DNA of 64,000 bases from Eledone cirrhosa. Lineage: Eukaryota. The stretch spans positions 16,368,001 through 16,432,000 of the forward strand of contig OZ024741.1 in NCBI GenBank assembly GCA_964016885.1, given 5' to 3'. The notes under the pieces were generated by a model. That model made no database searches and had not been told where the DNA came from. It worked only from the letters and a program-made list of their open reading frames with translations. The position numbers were made by a program, and so were the translations under genes. Shown piece after piece: positions 36,144 through 50,063 of the stretch (position 1 is the stretch's first letter; each line of letters begins with the position of its first letter).

Positions 36144-38042
36144 GGTTATTTACCATGCCCCCCCCCCCCCTCCCTCTCTCTATGCCTCTCTCTAGGATTA
36201 CTATCTCTACCTATTCAACTTCATCTTGGAACTATTGGAGAGATAAGACCCTTTTCCCTTATCTGCTAAAATGTATCATTAGAGTTGATTTCATTTCGTT
36301 CCGGCCACCCATCCATACAAATCTTCGAAAGGTATCTTAGTTAGTTTTATGACGCTATTATTGTTAATATTACTACTGTTTTTCTGCTGTATTATTGATA
36401 ATATTACTACTGTTTTTCTGCTGTTTTATTGATAAATTTTCGAAGGTATCTTAGTTCCTATGACGTTACTATTGTTAATATTACTGCTGTTTTAACTTCG
36501 GATATTTACCATGCGGTATTCTAATTCTATCGTATCTCTCTCGGTTATTTACCATGCGGCCCTCAGTGCCCACCTCACAATTTCCCTCCCACCCACCCCC
36601 ACACACCACCATAGCCTATTCGACCAATCAAACCTCAGCATGCCATTTCCGCTGCTGCTGCTGCTACTACCTACCTAACTAACTTTTTCCTCCTCTGGCG
36701 CAGCCCAACACACCCTGCCATTACCCCACCACCACTGTTCTTCTAGCCCTCAATTTTCCCACCGTTATGGATGGATGAGCTGAGAATACATTTGAGCAAC
36801 TCTGAATCAATAGATGAAATATGAATCTGCGAGCTACCAAGCACCCACGTGAAGCGCCAACCCAGAGACCCTCCCCTACGAGTGTCGACAAATGCCCAAA
36901 ACTCCGAGTTGGTACCATCAATGTAGGCTCAATGAAAGGAAGAGCAGGAGAAATCGTAGAAATGCTAGAGCGAAAGGAAGTTGATGTATGCTGTGTGCAA
37001 GAGACTAGATGGAGAGGAGAGTCTGCTAGAGTCCTTGTAGGAAAAAGTCAGTGCTACAAATTTTTCTGGGTGGGAAATGACGATGGGATGGGTGGTGTAG
37101 GTATACTATTAGCTGACAAGTGGGTAGATAAAGTAATCTCAGTGTACAGGGTAAATGCAAGAATCATTAAACTCAGACTAGTCCTGAATAAGACAATTAC
37201 CACAATAATATCAGCTTACGCACCCCAATCGGGGCTGCCAGACGAACTTAAGGATAGGTTTTACGAGTCCCTAATACACACTACTGCTCTAACAGACGAC
37301 AAGGACTTCCTAATCATCGCAGGAGATTTTAACGGACACGTAGGTAAACACTGCGACGGCTTCAATAGAGTACATGGAGGCCATGGAGTTGGCACAAGGA
37401 ATGAGGAAGGATTCAGACTTCTAGAATTCTGCGACGCCAATGACATGTCGATATGTAACACAAACTTTAAAAAACCCGACAACCACCTGATCACCAATAG
37501 ATCAGGGGAGCACTCTAGTCAGTTAGATTTTATCCTCATCAGAGGACGTGACAGATGGACGGTCGTAAACACAAAAGCCTTCCCTAGTGAGGAATGTACA
37601 TCCCAACATAGCTTAGTTGTCAGCGACCTCTCGGTCAGAACTAGACGAGCCCTGAAACAGAGGCCAACCTGGAGAAGAAAGATCTGGAAGCTGAAAGTCC
37701 CCTCAACCAGAGGATAGAAAATTCAAGCATGTTTTACAACGTGAGAACCAGAAACAGGAGGTATTCAAGATTGTGAGGCAGTGTGTCGGAGATAGTTGTG
37801 ATGTCATTGGAGAGAAGTGTATCCGGAATGATAAAGGTGAGCTTGCCCTCACAAGTGCTGAGAAGAAAGATGCATGGAAGAGTCTTTATGATAGATTACT
37901 AAATGAGGAGAATGCATGGGAAGAAGAGACCCTACCCCAAGTAGACCCTATAGAGGGACCAGCAGTACAAGTCAGCGGCAGCGTAGTAAGTAAGGCAATC
38001 AGAGATATGAAGATGGGGAAGGCAATCGGTCCATCGGGTATA
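36143..38042 (+). mobile_element. Inverted 5' half of the same RTE (5' UTR with tandem repeats, APE ORF 36821-37717, linker to GPSGI)
   Basis: Ends at ...GPSG-I (GGGTATA), exactly where the minus-strand half begins. Confidence 0.85.
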
Positions 38043-38680
38043 TATATATATAATAAATATATAATATATATATATAATATATATATATAATAAATATATA
38101 ATATATATATATAATATATATATATATATAATATAATATATATATATATATATATAATATATATATATATATAATATATATATATATATAATATATATAT
38201 TATATATAATATAATATATATATATTATATATAATATAATATATATAGATAATATATATATATATATAATATATATATATAATATAATATATATTTATAA
38301 TATATATATATTATATATATATAATATAATATATATATATATATATATATAATATATATATATTATATAATATACTATATATATATTATATTATAATATA
38401 TATATATTTAATATATATATATAATTTAATATATATATATATAATATAATATATATATATTATAATATAATATATATATATTATAATATAATATATATAT
38501 ATATTATAATATAATATATATATATATTATAATATAATATATATATATATTATAATATAATATATATATATATTATAATATAATAAATATATATATTATA
38601 ATATAATATATATATTTTATAATATAATATATATATATTATAATATAATATATATATATTATAATATATATATAATATAT

Positions 38681-38765
<85 letters not shown>

Positions 38766-38790
38766 TATATATATAATATATAATATATAC
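38043..38790. repeat. Imperfect (TA)n array
   Basis: Almost pure A/T dinucleotide sequence. Confidence 0.98.
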
Positions 38791-39066
38791 ATCCCAAAAG
38801 TCAGCTCAAAAGTGACACAGAGGAGACTGAGGTTGGCTGGACATGCTCACCGACATCCAGAGTTGACATTGCACTCAGTGCTCCTTTGGAAGCCCCTACA
38901 TGGACACACTAGAAGAGGAAGACCAAGGTTAACATATGTTGATGCCCTAAGGACAGACACTGGTCTGTTGGAGATGCAGGATATGGCAGCGATAATGAGG
39001 GACAGAGACCGCTGGAGAGAACTCGTCCATGGATCTCGGGAATTTTACCCGCCTTAGATAGATAGA
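38791..39066 (+). mobile_element. 3' fragment of the RTE-X-like family D
   Basis: QRRLRLAGHAHRHPEL...RGRPRLTYVD, near-identical to 56661-56930; (TAGA)n tail. Confidence 0.9.
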
Positions 39067-39309
39067 TATATAATATATATATATATATAATATATATATA
39101 TATTATATATAATATATATATATATATCATATATATATATTATATATATAATATATACATATATATAATATATATATATAATATATATATATTATATATA
39201 ATATATATATATAATATATATATATTATATATAATATACATATAATATATATATATATATGTATATATATAATATATATATATATATATTATATACGATA
39301 TTAAATAAA

Positions 39310-41582
39310 TGGACACTATATTTATAAAACCAAATTTATTTCATTATACATATTTCAGGGATACCAAATTAAAATATGGCATGCCTTCGTCAGATAAAAT
39401 ACAATATATAAACAGTTTTATAAATAATTTTGACGTACCCTATTAGAAGCGACCATTATTTTTGGAAGCTGTCTCGATAGTGAGATGTTTATAATTATTT
39501 TATTAGTTATAGTGTTAAGCACAGTTAGAAAAAAGACGGAGAGAAAGAAAAAAACGGAGAGAGAGAAGGAGAGAAAAAAAGATGGAGAGAAAGAAAAAAC
39601 GGAGAGAGAGAAGGAGAGAGAAAAAGAAGGAGAGAGAGAAAAAGGAAGATATATATAAATAGATAGGAGGAAATGAAAAAGAAAAAAGAAAGAAATAAGA
39701 AAGGCAAAAGAAAGCAACAGAGAGATAATAATTCATCATACAGATAGAGAAACTCAAGAGAGAGGAAGTCCTATATAGAGAGAAGAGGATACAGTGACAA
39801 CTTTACGACATGTCATATTAAGTTGAATTAACAATTCATATGAAATGAATAATAAAAATGCAAATATCAATATTCATGAATGAGACATAGATATATAATA
39901 TGAGAAAATAACATTGTTCAATAATGACCATATGTTTAGTTTAAAACTCTGAGGTCAATATACCAAAATCTGAGTTAAAACCTTCAAAAATTACCCTATT
40001 TATAAAATTACGGATACATATATGTATATATATATACATGCATATGTACGTTCTGAAAAAAGAAAAAAGAGAAAATTATGTCTACTCTAGTCAATAATAT
40101 AGACATACAAATGAGTTCACCTGATCACTTTTATACATTTCTTGTGTTATAAAAATTTCACAGTATATATACATAAAACATACGATTAATATTCATGTCC
40201 TCACATACATGATTACCGTTCATGTATTTAATATTATGCACATCTGCACCACACATCAACATATACACACAGAACCATACATATACATATATATATGTAT
40301 AAATAAATATCTGCGTGAGTTTTCCAGCATCGTTATGCACATATACAGACATATATACGAACACATAAATAAACTCTATAAACCTTCTATATGCATGTTA
40401 ATACACACAAATGGCCTTTGTATAGAGATAATCAAATATCAATATATTAATACAGAAATATCAAAGCATTAAAATATCTTTAACACACTATAGAGTATCT
40501 CAAGCCAAAACAATATGCTTCATATATTTATTATAGAAATCTATCCTACCTATATTTCAAACAAGATATTGCAAGGGTAGACATATGAAAGTTACTAGAA
40601 GCTATCAGAGTAAAAAAACAAATAAAAAAACAAAAATTATTGTAAAGATTTAGAAGACCCAGTGATTCTACGGATGCCCTTATATTTAGTATAGAAATTT
40701 ATCTTACGTAAATTTTATTTAATACATTGGGAGCATATACATTTTAGAGTAGTTTATTATATCCTTGTTTATATTTAGGAAGAAAGTTTAAAAAGAGAAA
40801 GGTGAAGGAATCAAATGATTTATCGTCAGGTTTCATATATTAACTAAATTTCTTAATTAATTATACTATATTTTAAATTTATATTTATATTTAAACGTTG
40901 AGTTCAATCTATGTCTGCAGCAACTGAATAAATTGCTCCTTAAATTAAGGGAATTTTTGGACTTTAATATAAAGAATATTTCCTCTACACAAAGATCACA
41001 AGTCTCTGATGAAGAATTAAAAGGAATCCCTTTTGAGACAATATTCCAAAACATCGGATATTTAACATTATCTCGTTTAAGGTGCCAGTGTAGGCTTGAT
41101 AGCGAAGTTGAGGATTTTTTGTTTGGATCTGTGAAAGAATTCTTATGATTATTGAAGCAAAGTTTAAATTCTGTCGAGGTGGAACCAACATAGTTGAAAG
41201 AATTTAAATTAGTTTTAACATTACAATTGTACACTACATTTTTAGCTAAGCAGTTGTTATTTAACGGACAGTTAGATTTATTTCTACAGTTACAGTTAAT
41301 TAATTGAATATTGTTTGGGTTATTATTGGTATTTTGGTTAGGTTTTAAATTCCTATTATTAATTCTGTTAATATTTTGTGCTAAATTTTTGGTGGACGAG
41401 TAAGTTAATTTTATAGTGTGTCTATTAAACTGTGCTTAACACTATAACTAATAAAATAATTATAAACATCTCACTATCGAGACAGCTTCCAAAAATAATG
41501 GTCGCTTCTAATAGGGTACGTCAAAATTATTTATAAAACTGTTTATATATTGTATTTTATCTGACGAAGGCATGCCATATTT
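39310..41582 (-). mobile_element. 5'-truncated Penelope-like element with GIY-YIG endonuclease and inverted pLTR
   Basis: Minus-strand frame 41427-40866 reads FNRHTIKLTYSS...CNCRNKSNCPLNNNC...VVYNC...YVGST...HKNSF...CDLC...CRH; 155-bp inverted repeat 39372-39526 / 41428-41582. Confidence 0.9.
39337..39401 (-). ncRNA. Type-I hammerhead ribozyme in the Penelope pLTR
   Basis: Stem I TATTTTAT/ATGAAATA, core CTGACGA, stem II AGG-c-ATGCCA...TGGTAT-c-CCT, GAAA, minimal stem III, AUA cleavage triplet. Confidence 0.85.
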
Positions 41583-41657
41583 ATATATAATATATGCCAT
41601 ATTTATATATAATATATATATATATATAATATATATATAATATATAATATATATATA

Positions 41658-41696
<39 letters not shown>

Positions 41697-41715
41697 ATAT
41701 ATATATATATATATA

Positions 41716-43002
41716 TAAAATCTATGTTCTTAGTTAGTGGGATCACAGGTAAGCTAACTAAGAACATAGATTTTACATGTGGCCGGTGCTCTGGTGCAAT
41801 AAGTAGCGGCAAGTGCCCACAAAATACTAGCTCCTTCAACTGCGCAGAGGGTTCTATAGAAATAGTGGACAGCTTCCGTTATCTGGGTGACAAAATCAGC
41901 AGTGGGGGAGGGTGCTCTGAAAGTACAGTAGCTAGAGTCAGAACTGGATGGAAAAAGTTCAGAGAGCTTATACCACTATTAGCCGCTAGAGGGTTCTCCC
42001 TAAAAATGAAAGGCAGGTTATACGATGCCTGCATACGAACAGCAATGCTGCATGGCAGTGAGACCTGGGCATTGTGTGCAGAGGATATACGCAGACTAGA
42101 GAGGAACGAAGCTTGCATGCTCCGCTGGATGTGCAATAGTAATATACGTGAACGGCAAAGCATAAACGAGCTAAGGAAAAAATTAGAAATAAGAGGGATC
42201 AGATGTTGTTTACTCGAGAGAAGGCTACGTTGGTACGGTCACGTGATGCGCATGAAAGACGACAGCTGTATAACAAAGTGCAGGGCAATAAAGATAGACG
42301 GTAGCCACGGAGTAGGCAGACCCAGAAAAACATGGGACGAGCTGATAAATTCCGACCTCACATGCTTACACCTCTCCAAGACAATGTCACTGGACCGAGA
42401 CCTTTGGCGGTACTCAGTAATAGAGAAGACCCGCCTTACCTAAATACAAAGTAAAAACCTACTACAGTCAGTAGGCATCTCTATCAAAACACACCCCCGT
42501 CCCACCACCTCCACCCCACCCACACCGCCCCTTTCAATGTAAAGTTATGTTGGTCCCCTCCACCCCACCCACACCGCCCCTTTCAATGTAAAGTTATGTT
42601 GGTCCCACAACATCCAGGCCGAAACAAATGAGATCGTGTAGGTGTCACGACAAAAAACACACAGTCCACGCTGTAAATGTGGCCGTGTAGGCAACACGGT
42701 AAAAACCTCCCAGCCCCACACTGTAAATGTGGTTGGTGTTAGGAAGGGCATCCAGCTGTAGAAAACCCGCCAGACAGTCCACGCTGTAATGTGGCCGTGT
42801 AGGCAACACGGTAAAAACCTCCCAGCCCCACACTGTAAATGTGGTTGGTGTTAGGAAGGGCATCCAACTGTAGAAAACCCGCCAGACAGTCCTATGCGAG
42901 CAAGACAACCACTCTTGCCTCAAGTGGGAAAACCCCCGTCCAAACCCATGCAAGCGTGGAACACGGACGCTAAACCTGATGATGATGATGATGATGATGA
43001 TG
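41716..43002 (+). mobile_element. RTE family C, 5'-truncated, with internal duplications in the 3' UTR
   Basis: ORF 41724-42443 near-identical to the C-terminus of 53144-55594; (GAT)n tail. Confidence 0.93.
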
Positions 43003-43013
43003 ATATATATATG

Positions 43014-43080
<67 letters not shown>

Positions 43081-43280
43081 NNNNNNNNNNNNNNNNNNNN
43101 NNNNNNNNNNNNNNNNNNNNNNNNNNNNNNNNNNNNNNNNNNNNNNNNNNNNNNNNNNNNNNNNNNNNNNNNNNNNNNNNNNNNNNNNNNNNNNNNNNNN
43201 NNNNNNNNNNNNNNNNNNNNNNNNNNNNNNNNNNNNNNNNNNNNNNNNNNNNNNNNNNNNNNNNNNNNNNNNNNNNNNNN
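43081..43280. other. Assembly gap (200 N)
   Basis: Run of N next to a (TA)n tract. Confidence 1.
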
Positions 43281-44982
43281 GTTTTACGTCCGTTCTTCCA
43301 CGCTAGCATGGGTTAGACGGGTTGTCCTGTTGTGGGCAGTGTCTGGTCGGCTGACCATGCCTTGCTCATACAGGAACTGATCTGGCTTGATTTCTACAGC
43401 TGGATGCCCTTCCTAACACCAACCTCATTTACAGTGAGTGCTGGGTGCTTTTTCGTGGCGCCTACACGTCCACTTTACAGTGTGGGCTGGGTGCTTTTTT
43501 GCCGTGGCACCTCCACGACCACCTTGCGGTGGGGGGGGGGGCATATTGTTTATATGCTTCAGCATGTACCCATGGGAGGTCGGGTACCCTGTATTACTGC
43601 GTGACGCCAGAAGTCACGGTCGTGTGTCATTGACTTTGAGAGGTGTAGTTGGGTAAGGTCGGCTTTTATCATCTCATCCCAAAAGTCATCTTGGGTCTCC
43701 CCACTCCGCGGTTTCCATCAACTTCTAGTGCTCTGCACCTTTTTATGCAGCTGTCATCCTTCATACGCATCACATGTCCATACCAGCGTAACCGCCTCTC
43801 CTGCACGCAGCATTTGATTCCTCTTATGCTCAGTCTCTCTCTCAATTCATTTATGCTTTGTCGTTCACGTATATTACTGTTACACATCCATCGGAGCATG
43901 CAGGCTTCGTTTCTCTCTAATCTACGTAAGTCTTCCACCTTCAGCGCCCAGGTCTCACTACCATGCAACATCGCTGTTCGGATACACGCATCATACAGTC
44001 TGCCTTTCATTCTGAGGGAGAAGCCTTTTGCAGCTAGCAGTGGTAGTAGTTCCCTAAACTTCTTCCATCCCGTTCTTTACCCTAGTTATTGTACTTTCTG
44101 AGCACCCACCTCCGTTGCTAATTCGGTCACCTAGGTAGCAGAAGCTGTCTACTGTTTCTACAGGGCCCTCCCAGAGATTGGTGGTACTTGTTTCCTGTGC
44201 TGTTTGCTTGCTGTTTCAGCACAGCTGCTGCATGTGAATCCTACATTCTTAATTAAGCTTCCTGAGATCCCGCTACATCTCTTGTGTACCCATTGTTTGC
44301 ATTTGGGGCAAAGAATGGAGTTCCTACCTACACCTTTCCTACATACTGAGCAAGGCCATTTCCCTGAGGGATCTGGGTTCTGTTTTCTCGTCTACTTATA
44401 AGGACCTTAGTCTTTGTCATGTTGACTTTGAGGCCCTTTCTCTCTAGTCCCTGCTTCCAGGTTTGGAATTTATTCTCTAGTTCTACCATAGATTCAGCTA
44501 TGAGTGCGAGGTCATCAGCATACAGGAGTTCCCATGGGCATCCGGTCTTAAACTCCTCCGTTATTGCCTGCAGGACTATGATGAACAGGAGAGGGCTAAG
44601 AACAGAGCCCTGGTGGACCCCAACCTGTACGCTAAATTCCTCGCTATACTCATTGCCAATCCTAACTTTGCTGACTGCTCCCCTATACATGGCTTGTACC
44701 GCTTTCACAAGCCATTCATCTACTCCTAGTTTTCTAAGAGCCCACCAGATTACTGCACGTGGAACTCTGTCAAAGGCTTTCTCAAGGTCGACAAATGCCA
44801 AGTAGAGTGGCTTACTTTTAGCTAGGTACTTTTCCTGTAATTGCCTCACAAGGAAGAGCGCATCAGTGTGCCTTTCCCTGGTACAAACCCAAATTGCATC
44901 TCGTCTATATTCACCCGGTCCCCTAATCAGCTGTGCTATAACTCTTTCTGTTACTTTCATGTTACTTTTCTGTTACTTTCAT
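43281..44982 (-). mobile_element. RTE family B, second 5'-truncated copy (YADD intact, several frameshifts)
   Basis: Near-identical to 34400-35950; short direct repeats at the 5' end. Confidence 0.93.
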
Positions 44983-45080
44983 ATATATAATATATATATA
45001 TTATATATAATATATATATATTATATATATATATAATATATATATAATATATATATATATTATATATTATATATATATAT

Positions 45081-48000
45081 ATCATCATCATCATCATCAT
45101 CATCATTTTACGTCCGCTTTTCCCTGCTTGCAAGGGTGGGACGGGTCTTATTCAGCACAGCATCTCTCCACTCGTCACGGTCCCCTCGTCATCTCCACCG
45201 TGAGCTTCAATGATCTGAGGTCTGTTCTCACCACCTCCGCCGATGTTTTTCGTGGTCTACCTCTACTACGTCTTCCTTCAACTGGCATTTCCTGGCACTT
45301 CTTCACCCATCGGTCATCCTCCATGCGCATCACATGTCCATACCACCTCAGTCTCCTCTCCCGTACACTACATTCTATCCCTCTCAGACACAGTTTCTCT
45401 CTCAACACATTTATGCTGGGTCGTTCACGCACATTTACACTGCACATCCAACGGAGCATGCTTGCCTCATTTCTCTCCAGCCGTCGCATATCTTCTGCGG
45501 TAGCTGCCCATGTCTCACTACCATGCAGCATCGCGCTCCTCACACAGGCATCATACAACCGGCCTTTCGTACGCAGGGAGAAACCCTTCTTCGTCAACAG
45601 AGGAAGCAGCTCCCTAAACTTCTTCCAACCCGTCCTTATTCTAGATACACCCTCGGAACACCCTCCTCCCATGCTAATCTGATCTCCTAGGTACCGGAAG
45701 CTATCCACCACTTCTATAGCGCCCTCTCGCATTTGAAAAATGTGTCTATCAGTGCGACTTCTACTGTCTAATTTCCCTGTACATCTACTGCATACATATT
45801 TCTCCCTACCTGTTAGTTTGCCTGCTATCCCGCTACATCTCTTGTGTACCCATGACCTACATTGTGTGCATTTTATAGAATTTATGCCAGTTCCTTTTCT
45901 GCATATCGAACATGGCCATTTCCCTGACGGAATCAGGGTTTTGTCCTCTTTTCTACTCATCAACACTTTTGTCTTAGCTAGATTTACTCTCAGTCCTCTT
46001 GCTTCCAACTGCTGTTTCCATAGCCGGAATTTATTCTCTAGCTCCTCTACTGATTCTGCTATGAGAGCCAGATCGTCAGCATAGAGAAGTTCCCATGGAC
46101 AGCCAGTCTTAAACTCCTCTGTTATGGCTTGGAGGACTATAATGAACAAGAGCGGGCTGAGGACCGAACCCTGATGTACTCCTACTTGTATCTGGAATTC
46201 CTCACTAAACTCCATTCCTACCCTGACTTTACTGAGAGTACCTCTGTACAAAGTTTGCACTGTCCTTACAAGCCATTCCTCAACACCCAGCTTCCTTAGG
46301 GACCACCAGATGACAGATCGGGGTACCCTATCAAAGGCCTTCTCTAACAAAGGCCAAGTATAGTGGCTTATTCTTCTCTAAGAACCTCTCTTGCATTTGT
46401 CTCACCAAGAAGAGGGCATCTGTTGTACTCTTCCCAGGCACAAAACCAAACTGCATCTCATCTAGTTTGACCCTTTCTCTAATTAGTTGTGCTAAAATCC
46501 TTTCTGCCACTTTCATAACCTGATCTATCAGTTTTATACCCCTATAATTGCTCCTCTCCAAAGCATCCCCTTTACCTTTGTAGCAATTTATGAGAATACT
46601 GCTGCACCAGTCTTTGGGTATGACACCACCATATATAGCCTGATTGATTATGCGTGCAACCAGTTTAGTGCCTACGTCCCCTGATGCCTTCAGCATCTCA
46701 GCAACTATTCCCGATGGTCCGGCCGCCTTACCATTTTTCATTTCCCTAATCGCCTCTTGGACCCTATATTCGTCAATCTCAATAGCTGGTCCCTCTGTCG
46801 GATCTACCAAGGGTAATTTCTCTCTCTCCCATTCGTTCTCCACATTCATCAGTCTCTCATAATGGCATTTCCAGGCCTCCTTTTTCTGGTCATTCGTGAC
46901 ACTAAGTACACCGGCATCATCCCGGACACATTTATCACCAACAACATCCTGATTTGCATTGACACACTGCCTTGCAATGTGGAACACCGCACGCCTCTGA
47001 TCTTCCCGTCGCAGAACATTGGCAAACCTCCTACTCTCTGCCTCCCTGCGTGCTAAGTACACCTGACGTCTAGCTTCTCTCTTAGTGGCTGTATATTCTT
47101 CCCTACTCCCACCCTTATTCCAAGCCTTCCATGCTAGTCTTTTGTCTCTAATAGCCTTATCTACACTGCTGTTCCACCACCAGGTCACTCTCTGTCTGGT
47201 TGGGGCTCTGCTCCAGCCACAAGTTTCATCAGTAGCCTTCAGCAAGTTGTCACGTAAGAACTTCCAGTTATTATCTATGTCATACGTCTCTAAATCGTCT
47301 TCTTTTTCGTCATATACATCTTGAAGGGCTTTCCTAAATTTGAATTTTAGTGAAAGGTCTTTTAGCTTCCAGACCTTTCTTCTCCACACCTTCCTATATG
47401 GCTCATTCCATCTCTTGCTTACTGAGATATCACTAACAACTAACCTATGCTGTGGGGTACATTCTTCCCCAGGGTATGCCTTGGTATTAGACACTATCTG
47501 CCTGTCCCGCTGCCTAACTAGCAGGAAGTCAATCTGGCTTATGTGCTCACCAGATTTGTAGGTTATTAGGTGATTGGCAGGTTTCTGGAAGTTTGTGTTG
47601 CAAATAGTCAATGTACTTGCATCACAAAATTCAAGAAGTCTCACTCCTTCTTCATTTCTTGAACCGTAACCATGCCCACCATGTACCCCAGTGTAACCAT
47701 CCTGGAGCTGTCCAACATGACCATTGAAGTCTCCTGCTAGCATAACGATGTCTCCGTCCTCTGTCATTGTGGTTGTTTGCAAAAGTTGCTCATAAAAGCA
47801 GTCTTTCTCATCTTTGCCTAGGCCTGCTTGGGGAGCATAGACCGAGATGATTGTCAGTAGTCTCCTACCTACAACTAATCTAAGCTTAATTATTCGATTA
47901 CTAACTCGAACTACCTCTATTGTCTTATTGATCCATTTCTCAGCCAGGAAAATGCCTACTCCCCCTAACCCATCATCCTTACCTACCCAGAATAGCTTAT

Positions 48001-48366
48001 AGCTAAGACGCTTGCCTACGACTAGTCTCGCAGAGGCACCTCTCCATCTCACCTCTTGCACGCAGCACACATCCACCTGCCTTCTCTCCAGCATCTCCGC
48101 TATTTCAGCAGATCTACCTCTGAGAGTGCCAACATTAAGTGTTGCAACTCTGAGATGCGACGTCTTCATATTTTTTTTTCTATGCTGTTTTGTTGCTGTG
48201 CTGATAAGCTTTTTGGCATTGATACACTGGTTGGATGCCCTTCCTAACACCAGCGCCACTTTACAGCATGGACTGGGTGCTTTTATTTGTGCCACCAGCA
48301 CTAGAGAGGATGTCTTACTAGACTCAAGGGCCCTCTCTACCCCTCCATTTTACAGCATGGTCATTT
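45081..48366 (-). mobile_element. RTE family A, apparently full length
   Basis: APE+RT in ORFs 46331-48301 and 45175-46350, broken by small indels; (ATG)n tail; TA arrays on both sides. Confidence 0.96.
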
Positions 48367-48389
48367 AAAAAAAAAAAAAAAAAAAAAAA

Positions 48390-48753
48390 TATATATATAT
48401 AATATATATATATATTATATATAATATATATATATTATATATATATATAATATATATATAATATATATATATATTATATATAATATATATATATATATAT
48501 ATTATATATATTATATATAATATATATATATATATATATTATATATATTATATATAATATATATATATATAATATATATATATATTATATATATATTATA
48601 TATATATTATATATAATATATATATATTATATATATATATATATATTATATATAATATATATATATTATATATATATATAATACATATATATTATATATA
48701 TATATATTATATATAATATATATATATATATATTATATATAATATATATATAT

Positions 48754-48786
<33 letters not shown>

Positions 48787-50006
48787 ATATATATATTATA
48801 TATATATATAATACATATATATTATATATATATATATTATATATATAGTATATATATTTTTTATATATATATTATATATATATATAATATATATATATAT
48901 TATATATAATATATATATATTATATATAATATATATATATTATATATAATATATATATATATTATATATATATATAATATATATATAATATATATATATA
49001 TATTATATATAATATATATATATATATATTATATATATTATATATAATATATATATATATATATATTATATATAATATATATATATTATATATAGTATAT
49101 ATATTATATATAATATATATATATATATATAATATATATATATATTATATATAATATATATATATATATATTATATATATTATATATAATATATATATAT
49201 ATATATATAATATATATATATATTATATATAATATATATATATATATATTATATATTATTATATATAATATATATATATATATATATTATATATAATATA
49301 TATATATTATATATAGTATATATATTATATATAATATATATATATATATATATTATATATAATATATATATATTATATATAGTATATATATTATATATAA
49401 TATATATATATATATATTATATATAATATATATATATTATATATATATATTATATATATTATATATAATATATATATATTATATATATATTATATATTTA
49501 TATAATATATATATAAAATATATATATATTATATATATATATATAATATTTATATATATATATATAATATATATATATAATATATATATATAATATATAT
49601 ATATATTATATATAATATATATATATATATTATATATAATATATATATTTATATATATATATATAATATATATAATTTATATATATATATATTATATATA
49701 ATATATATATATATATATATTATATAATATATATATATAATATATATATATAATATATATATATAATATATATATATAATATATATATATATTATATATA
49801 TATTATATATATATATATTATATATATATATTATATATATATATTATATAATATAATATATATATATATATATATTATATATAATATATATATATATATA
49901 TTATATATATTATATATATATATATAAATATATATATTATATATATATAATTATATATATATTAATATATATATATATATATAATATATATTATATATAT
50001 ATTATT

Positions 50007-50063
<57 letters not shown>

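Noticed and set aside
31259-48366. False duplication across the N gap (families A and B occur on both sides)
   Set aside because: Order, truncation points and indels differ, so these are independent insertions.
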